A stretch of DNA of 64,000 bases from the NCBI RefSeq assembly GCF_018977255.1, contig NW_024704742.1, positions 21,950,001-22,014,000 on the forward strand, read 5' to 3'. Source of the DNA: Callorhinchus milii. Taxonomy: Eukaryota. Shown in pieces: positions 54,025-64,000 of the stretch (positions are counted from its first letter, which is position 1; each line of letters begins with the position of its first letter). A program made the translations under genes and the position numbers. The notes under the pieces were generated by a model that had not been told where the DNA came from, searched no databases, and saw only the letters and a list, made by a program, of their open reading frames with translations.

Positions 54025-55065
54025 AACCTTACTACCTAATTTGTCTAGTCTTCTTCAGAGTTTAACTAAGTCAGTTGTTACATATCAACGTAGTTTCTGT
54101 TTCAGTGGAGGAAACTGTTTGACTTGCAGATAGCTTGTCCAATTTAAGTTAATTATTTGTAAAGCATGCAGTATTTTTTGACATGGAGATTAGTAGTCAA
54201 ATAGTATGACTCAAGTAGAAACATTGACTCAATTTCACTTAAAACCCTAAAAAACAAAAGCTACTTTTATTGTGGATCAAGAATGTAGTGATGTTCACTG
54301 TAACCATTCATTCTCAATTTTGTAATCCATTGCAAGACAATGTTGAGGAGAAAAAAATGCACTTTATGCAAAAAAGAAAAATTATTATTTGCAAACAATC
54401 AGCTACTTCTGTAGATTTGGATGACTTGGGGCGACCATGTAATGCTTCACTGAAACAAATGCCAGAACCACAATTTTAATGGTATTCTTCAACTGCGGTT
54501 GTCAGCACGATTACTTAATATTTTGATTCTACTCCCAGTAACCAAAGCATAATTTTAAACATTTCCAATCTAGCAGTACATCTTTCTGCCAGGGATACAA
54601 AATTATAATATGGAAAGTTTCCAGTAGGCTGAAAACGGTTTTCCTGCCAAAATCTGCTACTCAACTTCACGGGCTACCCCAGGAAGAGTGACAGAAGCAG
54701 TGTGCCTATCTCATTTCACTCCAGCTAATTTCGGGTGGGTGGGGGGTGGACAAACAAGGAAGAGGTTACAGACACAAACCTACTTGACTACTCTAAAGCA
54801 ATGAAGTTACAATGCACACTTGATATGCTGATCCTTCCAAACCTATGAATGACCTTCACCAAGTCTCTAGAATAAAAATGTACATTGTCAAGAAAAAAGG
54901 GTGAATATACCACAAAATCCTTGTTAAACACGCATGGATTTAATCTTTACTTGCAAACATGAAGAGGATCGGAGTAAATAAAAGCTCTCAGTTGCAAAAA
55001 CTGCTATGCAATAACATCATGAAAGGAAACAATGGAGTGAGTATGAATGAGTTTAAATTTAAATG

Positions 55066-55229
55066 AACGACTGTTTGTGGGACACTGCTGTGTGCAATTG
55101 GCTGCCGTGTTTCGCCCACAAAATATACAGTCAATTAATTTCACAGTATATTCTGTGAAGCGATTTGAGATGTCTGGAAGACATGAAAAGCACTATAATC
55201 AAATGCAAGGAGTATTATTATATTATTAT
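55066..55229 (+). mobile_element. SINE 3' half
   Basis: Shared SINE body and tail. Confidence 0.8.
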
Positions 55230-55352
55230 GAGTGATTTACTGTCGTGCCCATTTAAACCGTCAAGAAGCCGGTCATTATTAATGAATTTTGGGTAACACT
55301 GATGTCCAAAAAAAAATGGTATCATTCTTGTTTCTGAATCAAGTGAATCAAG

Positions 55353-55586
55353 TCTCTTTGACCGTGCCTTCAGCTCCCCTCTCGACTCTCTTCCTCCTCC
55401 TCGCTCCCTCCCTTCCCTCCCCTCACCCTGACCATTTCCCCCCTCCTCTCTCCCTCCCTTCCCTCCCCTCACCCTGACCATTTCCCCCCTGCTCGGGTCA
55501 TGACCCAACTGTGCAGCGCCTTGGGACGTCCTCCTGACGTGAAAGGCGCTCTATAAATGGAATCTTGTTGTTGTTGTTGTTGTTGT
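55353..55586 (+). mobile_element. Young L2 3' end, identical to 37336-37569
   Basis: Base-by-base match over 234 nt, including the tail. Confidence 0.93.
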
Positions 55587-57352
55587 ATGGGTTCAAGCTC
55601 CATGTCAGCAATTGGGCTCTTAATATCGGCGGATGCAGTACTGTGTGAGCTCTACACCGCCAGAGATGTCTTCCTTCAGATATGCTGTTAAACCAAGGTC
55701 TCAACCCACTGCATGCTTTTTAGGTTGTTGTCAAAGGTATCATACTATCGGAAAAGTTTCTCAGTATCCTGGCTAAGTCCAGATAAAATTGGTTATTATG
55801 GGACCTGACCTACTTGTGCTGTGCACAAAATGGATGTTGCATTGGCTTTCAAAACAGTCACTTTAGCTGACAATTATAGTTACTGTTAAGTGCTTTGAGA
55901 CATTGACATGACAAGGAATTTATAAAACTGATATTCACATGCCTTCTTTCTTGATATCTTCCTCTGCTCAGCTAACAGGTCTACAGCAAGTCCTCTGGCC
56001 CCTTTATACCACCAGTGGTGATCGAGTCTTCGGTCCCAAAACTCTAACCTTTGGAACTCCCCGTCTCAATCCCTCTCATTTGCCCCTCTCTATCAAGTTT
56101 AAATCCCACCTTTAAAATTACATCTTCAACTCCACCTATGGTCATCTCCCGTTCTCCCCCCACTCTGGTCAAATCCAACCCCACCATAATGAAGCACTAC
56201 CAGACTTTCTCACGTGAAAGGCGGTATACAAAATGCAAATTGCTGTACTCGACTCCAAAATTTCCTAGGCCTCTAAAAGTAATAGAGCAAGATGAGCAGG
56301 GTGTTTGTAATAAGTCTACAGGAGAGGAAGTCACCACATTACATGCTCTGAAAGGACAAGTTTCCCTCTGCAAGAAATATGACTTGGGAAAGCACATGAG
56401 AAGAAATAAACTCCAACAATAAACAGTACTCAAAAGTACTACCGCATTCACGCCAACATGCATTAAATTTGTCTATTAATTAGATTTTACAGAAGTTTAA
56501 ATGCAAAATTTTTAGATCATTATTTATGCAAATACATCAATGTTCTTATTTACTCAATTGAATTTGCTGGCAGCAAGCAAAACTTCCAAGTAGCCAATCC
56601 ATGCACTAGAATTTAAAACAGGCCACTAACTTTAACCTCTTTCAATATAGGTTGATATCAAAATGATAATTTTACATGAGAAAACATAGATTATGTAATC
56701 CCACATCCCTGTCAGTAAATAGTATGTGCTCAGATGTTCAATAAATTCATAATGCCCAGTGTTCTCTACACTAATTATTGGAAAGTTACTGCCAAATCAA
56801 TTTTCTTTCATGCACCCACTTTTGTTCCTGGTTACATTGGTGTTTAGTCTTCAGTTCATCCTTTCTAACAATTGAAACCAGTCCATTTAAAAGCAGTCAA
56901 AACCTAAAAGACTGTAATTTAAAAAGGATTGCAGTACTAAATGGAATAAGGCAGAGGAGCATGCTGATTTGGTTGTCGAGAATGCCAATGTTGGCTGAAG
57001 TAGATTGTTCATAAGATTTGAAAAACAGAAAATAATTCAGAAACATTCAATGCAGATTGCTGCAGCATATCGGGAACTACAGCTCAAGCTAGACTGATTA
57101 TTATGTGTTTAACATGAGAAGGAAGCAATGGAAAGATGTGCAGGTCTGAAGTTACATTAGAGTAAATGTCACCAACTACAGAATTCACACATCTGTGTGC
57201 TAATATTTTAAATGTTGTGAAAGGTTAACACGCACACCAAAGTTGTCATTTTAACTCAAATATTAATTCTCAGTGGAGAACAAAAAAAGAAAATGCACTT
57301 CACTGTTGCATATCATGTCTTATCAATTATTGAAAACACATGTTACTGTCTA

Positions 57353-57811
<459 letters not shown>

Positions 57812-58354
57812 CTATTGGGTGCAAGACACTAATAGTTCTGAACACTTTGCTTCAGAAAAGCGTACCGTCTTAGAAATGGTCAAACCTATTGTGTTGAGAT
57901 ATTCTTCTGCTATTCACTTAACAGAAATGTCCCAAAGTAAAGCTGTAAACAATTCCATGTGAAAGTCAGGATATTCAGCACTTCACATTACAGATGTTTC
58001 CTCTTCTGGATCTAACGAAAGAAAAAAATAGTTAGGAGGTGAAACCATTTTTGGAGTTATTCAACAGTAGTTCTACTATCAGTCTCAAGTTATAAACCAC
58101 CAAAGTTTGCATTATAAAAGCATTTTGCAGTTTGAGTACCCAAATTAACAGAGCCAAATGTTTGTTTTGCCTGGTTGGCTAATAAGCTGGATCTGTAATG
58201 ATCTCACTGGGCAAAAAAGCCTTAATTAATGAGAACGGTTCTTCATTTTGGTTTGGTGAATCCAAATTCTACAACATACCAATGCAATTTAATCAGTAAC
58301 ATTTTTCAAAAAATTGAAAATGGAATAACCTTTTACATCAGTCAAAAAAGATAA

Positions 58355-58786
58355 GCCTGGTTCAGTTGGTAGGACGCTCGCCTCAGAATCAAAAGTTTGC
58401 ATGCTCCAGCCTCACAAGAGAGTTTGAGCTTATTGTCTAAGCTGACACTCCAATGCAGTGCTGAGGAGCAATGAGCTCTCACAAGTGCCGCCTGGCAGAT
58501 GAGACATTAATCCGAGGTTCCATCTGCTTCTTGAAGTGAGCATTAAATATACCATAGCATTATTTCAAAACAGAAGGGAGTTTCCCCCAGTATCTTGGCC
58601 AAGAACCTCTGCATACAAAATTGGTCATTCAACTTTGTTATTATTTGTGGAACACTGCTATGTGCAAATTGACCGTCACGTTTGCCTAGAAATGCAGTTA
58701 ACTGCAAACCCCAGTGTACCTTGTGAAGCTCTTTGAGACACATCAACAAATGTAATAAGACGTGATTTCAAATGCAAAGATTATTA
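58355..58786 (+). mobile_element. Old Deu-domain SINE, near full length
   Basis: Head, cagatgagacattaatccgagg Deu segment, body and tail. Confidence 0.8.
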
Positions 58787-61700
58787 GTTCTATATCCTTA
58801 CATGTAGATTGAAAAAATAGAAAAGCATATGAAGATGGATTAGGTCTGATGTACTGCACTCCTAACATTTGCTGGCCTGTGAAATATTGAACATTACATT
58901 TTGGATCAAAGCTATTTTGACTCAACTTATTCATTCTCCCCATTCATTAAACAACTGGGATCACAACTTGTATGCAACAGGTAGACAAAAAAAGTGTAAA
59001 ACTAAAATCTTTCTCTGAAATCACACATTTTTCACAGTACATCAGAACTAATTCAAACTACTTACAAAAAAAAGTTATCTTCTTGGGATTAAATCCATGA
59101 AATGTGGTTAAAAAACATGGTGGCACATAAAGAAAAAACACATCCCTTTTCTGATATCGATGAGGATTAAAAAAATCCTCCAATTATAAGAATGTAAAAT
59201 TTGCAAAATCTACAAGGCAGGAATATGTGCCAATAAAGTATTATTAAAATGACTGTCTCTTCTGGTTGTATTTTTCTGAAATTTGAAGGAAGAAATTAGA
59301 GAAGGGCAAAGTAACTCTTCAATTCAATAAGTGACAATCAGTCTACCTATTGACAGTCTGCCTCAAACACTCAGGAGAAAATTGTCAAACAGTTGATAAT
59401 CACAAGTGATAAGCACTAGAGATTCTGAAACTAGATTCTATCCATTCTATGTCTAATGGTTAATAGTCATAGTTGGGAAAAGAAAACTATAATAATAATC
59501 CTTGCATTTGATATAGCTAATAATATAATAAAATAATATATCATAATATAAACTGATATAATGATGCTCTATTCCAAGATACTGAATGACTTTTGAAAGC
59601 TGATTTTTAAATAGTAAATTTATTAGTGGTAAATCAATACTATAACTGTTGTCTTCAGAAATGTCACACTTAAGATGCTTTCTAAATTGGAACGTCCACC
59701 AACCAATAGATTCTTTGACACATCATGAGATCGAACTGCTGTTGGGATAAAACTTGTCAAACTATCCCTCTGCTTAGAAACGACTTGAAATGAATCACAT
59801 TGCTAATTAAGAAAGATAGCCAAGATGCTCTGTTTTTGTCAGGATTCAACAATTGACATTGTAGCCCTATCAAGTAATTAAATAAGGATACGCTTTAGAG
59901 TAAGTTGCAGAAACGCATGGAATTTTACATTGTCTTTTCTAAAAGCAGTTTACTCTCATACAATGCAATTTACATGATTAGTGACTTTCATGTCACGAGG
60001 ACATCTCAAAGCGCTTAAGAGAAAGACTAGAAATACACATTTGCATTCAGGTACAAATATGTTGTACCCGAATGCAAAGTGTTACAACATTTTAAGTAAA
60101 GACCTGTGAGAAGATTCAACAAATGATAAAGCATCATATTAAAATGAGTTTTTTTTAACTAAAACAGACTTTGGGACTATTAGAAACTGTAAAGTTCAGA
60201 ACATGAGTGAACAGGGTCCTTCATCAGAAATTCTGAAGTGGCAAGATTAAGAAAATTATTCTCGTTTACAAAGATTAAGTAAACAAGGAGTTACTAAGAT
60301 TTCAATAAAGCAGATTTAAAATAAGTGTTTCTACAAGGCTCAAAGGTTCTTTAGACAGCAATTTTAGTCAAAGATCATACAGTTCTTAGCTTGCAAAAAC
60401 ATTAGCTGGACACCTCTATTAATAAAAGCTGCAATGTTGAGAGGAAACAGACATTATATAACATGATGAACATGCCTGCCAAATTGGTACGGAACCTAAA
60501 GAGCCAAGCCCATATTATGGGAAGGGGTAAACCAAAGAACATCTTAGAACCATATATCTAGCATTAATGAAAACCTACAATCCTTAGCTCGCAACATCTA
60601 TTTCGCCTACTTCAGCCAAGGGACAGAATTGAGTTAGTTATTATAACTTAAATCTTGTGAGATCATAAATGGAAACAGAAAGATGCGTATTTGAGCTAAG
60701 TATCCATTTATCACACTCACAATTGTAGGGGATGAGTTCCCCTTTTAAAATACTTCTGACAAGGATCATTTGTATACAACTGAGAGTGTAAGTGAACTGT
60801 AATTCACAGGGGAAAGGGATACCAGCTGCAATACTTTCATACGATAGGCACTTGCACTGTCTACATGCTGGTCACCACAAAGCAATTACCCCTCCCCTAA
60901 CTACATTTCTCTATGAAATATTCATGATGTAGAAAGAGCCTAAATCTTTGCCCAGCTGCCATCAGAAATGGCTGGCTATTTAATTACAGCAGAGAGACTG
61001 ATGCCAAAGTCATAAAAGCACAACATCTTTATCTAATTTCAAGTCAGACATACAATAAGAGTCAAGTATACCAAATCTAAAGTACATACAACTACTCAAA
61101 CATGATAACCTTGAACAAGCCAAGGATTGCACATTTAAAACAAACCATGCATTTAACTTTTTTTAATTGAACTGTTCTCCTGCATGGATATGGTGAATGT
61201 AAAATCCATTAAGCCACAAGTAAGGCACCAGTTTTTGTCTTTTACATTAAAACCACACCTTTTAGGTGCCAGGCTGACTCAGTGGGTAGCACTTACACCT
61301 TTCGAGTCAGAAGGTTGCAGGTTCAAGCCCTAAGTCAGGAATTCGAGCCTGCAGTCTAAGATTACACTCAAATACAGTCCTGGGGATACATGGCATTACT
61401 GGAGGCACAATCTTTAGAGGCACAATTTAAAATATCGCTCGATCAGGAATGACAACAAAATTCAACAAAAAGTTTTGGTTAACCTCCTGTTAGAAAGTGT
61501 TCTGTGAAGACAATTAATTCACACTAGCTTGAACTCTCCGCAGTAGAATTTGATTTATAATCCCATTACTAACAAAGGAAACATCTTTATGGACAACATC
61601 CTTGCAGTGGCAAACATGCCGTCCCAATCCACTTTCCCATTGTTGGATAATGCTCCTGGGAACATTCCATATGGAATTCCATTTCTTTTTATGACTTGCG

Positions 61701-62198
61701 TCACCATTTCCTCCCCAACAAAAACAATGGATTTTCACAGGTGCTCTGCAGAAACTAAGCAACTATATGGAGAACCGTTTGATGGAGATTAAAATTAAAA
61801 CTGTAATAGTCCTTTCTCCAAAACTATATTAAATCAGATCTCAGGTCAATGTCATAAAACTCAAGTGCAACTACCTGATAAGCACATACATCCATATCCC
61901 AGTGAAGGAAATGAAAAAGGGTCTTCAGTAATCAATTATATAAAAAAAAACTGATGAATTCAATTGGCTGATTTTACAGTTCTAACATATTCTTTTGTGG
62001 GAAAAAAAAGCAGGTGGCGTTTGTTTTGCTTAAATAGTGTAAAAGCTTTATACGAGGTAGAGCAGGGAGGAAGTGAAGGACCAATTTGGTCCAATTGATT
62101 TTTTGAGAAGAAACCAGAAGATACTGCCCCTCTTTTTTAAATGTATATTATATAATCTGGAACATTCAATTCCTCTATCTCGCCCCCTCCTCGTCCTG

Positions 62199-62505
62199 TA
62201 CCTCAGGGGTTAGAGCACTCGCTTTGCAAACGAGAGACCTGAGTTCAATCCCAGGCAGGTCAGGGCGAAACCTTGGGCAAGTTTCCTTACTCCACACAGA
62301 GCCTAATAATAATCCCTCCAAAACAAAAAATAATAAATTGGTCATTTTCAATCCATGACTGTTTGTGGGACATTGCTGTGCGCAACTGGCTGCCGCGTTC
62401 GCCTACAGATATACAGTCAATTCACTTACAGTATATTCTGTGAAGCGCTTTGGGACGTCTAGAAGACGTGAAAAGCGCTATATCAAATGCAAGGATTATT
62501 ATTAT
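62199..62505 (+). mobile_element. Young tRNA-Ala-like SINE (short form)
   Basis: Same family as 21979-22302. Confidence 0.9.
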
Positions 62506-62660
62506 AACTTTAGATCCCACTGAAAGACATTTCTTCCTCTTCAACTGTGCCTAATCACTTCTCCTCTCTCCCTGGCTTGGTATTAAGTTCCGCCACTGTA
62601 AGGATCTCCGAGACTCTACCCCATGTGAAGGTGCAAAATAAATGCAAGTTGTTGTTGTCG

Positions 62661-63138
62661 TCACTCTCACCCTCGCTCGCCTCCACTGGTTCCCCATCCC
62701 CCAGAGGATCGAATTCAAGATCCTCATCCTCAGCTACAAGGCCATTCACGGCCTTGCTCCCTCCTACCTCTCCGACCTACTATCCCCCTACTTACCTGCC
62801 CGTACCCTCCGTTCCTCTGGCTCCGGTCTGCTCCACGTCCCCCGCCCCAACCGCCCTACCATCGGTGGCCGGGCCTTCAGCCTCTCAGCCCCGAGGCTCT
62901 GGAACTCTATCCCCCAGTGCCTTCGCCGCCTCCTCCCTTTCCTCCTTCAACGCCGGTCTCAAGAACTTTCTCTTTGACCGTGCCTTCAGCTCCCCTCTCG
63001 ACTCTCTACCCCCTCCTCGCTCCCTCCCCTCACCCTGACCATGTCCCCCTGCTCAGGTCCTGACCCAACTGTACAGAGCCTTGGGACATCCTCCCGACGT
63101 GAAAGGCGCTCTATAAATGGAAACTTGTTGTTGTTGTC
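62661..63138 (+). mobile_element. L2 3' fragment placed directly after an older L2 tail
   Basis: [34 protein letters not shown] plus TTG tail. Confidence 0.9.
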
Positions 63139-64000
63139 GTCATGTCCACCTGAATGTGCAGGTGGTACCTTGGTTTAACTCATCGTTCAAAGAATGCCAC
63201 TTCGAACAATGTAGTGCTCCCCAAGCACTCCATTGGAGTATCAGTCTACACTATGAACTGAAAGTCCCAACACGGGCTTTAAACCAACAATCTTCTAAAT
63301 CAGAGACGAGAACAACAACAACAAAATTATATTTATAGAGTGCCTTTCACATCAGAATGCTTCTAACTGAGCCGGATCCGATACAAAAAAACATTATTCA
63401 TTGCCACATATGCTAGTGACGCAACAGGTGTTTTGCATAAGATTGTTGTCACTAACATTTGGCAGATCTAATGCAAAGTGTCACACGTCGACTATGAGAA
63501 TCTAGCCGCAGACTTTTGGCAAATATTCAATTCCAATGGACTAAAGCCAGCCATTTCCTGTCAAAACTCAACCAGCCCATTCTGTTCAGGATACCTAAGC
63601 AATAACCTATGTATATATTCGAGATCAATTTTATGTGTTCAAAATCGGTACTTCGGCTGCTTTAAAAACATAGACACTGGAAAAAAAAACACATTGGGCA
63701 CAAAATTGTCTCTTCTCTCCTTTTAAAAAAACACATCCATGATTCTAGAGGATATGTTAACCCTATTCAATCTCATTGTCAATTACTCTGCCTATCTCAA
63801 CCTTTCCGCAACCTCCTGACCTAAAGTACATGTTAAAAGCCCCACCCCCACCATCACTGTTTCAACCACCATCTTTTCCTGGACAGTGTTACATTCCTTT
63901 AAATAACCTTTCTAAAAATAGTTCACCTCCCCCAAAAAGATATAATCCTTGCATTTGACGTAGTGCTTTTCATGTCTTCTAGATGCCTCAAAGAGCTTCT

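Overview
Vertebrate genomic DNA, most likely from a cartilaginous fish. The L2/CR1/Deu-SINE repeat landscape and compact introns fit a chimaera or shark, but the species cannot be fixed from sequence alone. Three protein-coding genes lie in tandem on the minus strand, in the same order as human 4q31. SMAD1 has six coding exons at 57778-39304 (464 aa); its non-coding first exon is not seen and presumably lies beyond the right edge. MMAA has six coding exons at about 29374-18381 under a CpG-island promoter. The third is a C4orf51-like gene that I assembled by hand from splice signals (seven exons, 15034-1309, about 318 aa). That gene is the most interesting item: it has an RFX X-box-like site upstream, a Mn-like motif, an exon-duplicated helical repeat and a YQIHPEW motif, which suggests an uncharacterised ciliary or flagellar protein. 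The rest is dense in retroelements: very young L2 LINEs (two copies identical over 234 nt), CR1 LINEs, an old Deu-domain SINE, a younger chimeric tRNA-Ala/CORE SINE in two length forms, and a Penelope-type terminal fragment with hammerhead-like cores. There is also a 16-bp minisatellite and several long hairpins in SMAD1 introns. Repeat boundaries are approximate. Comparisons with human sequences are from memory, not from a search.
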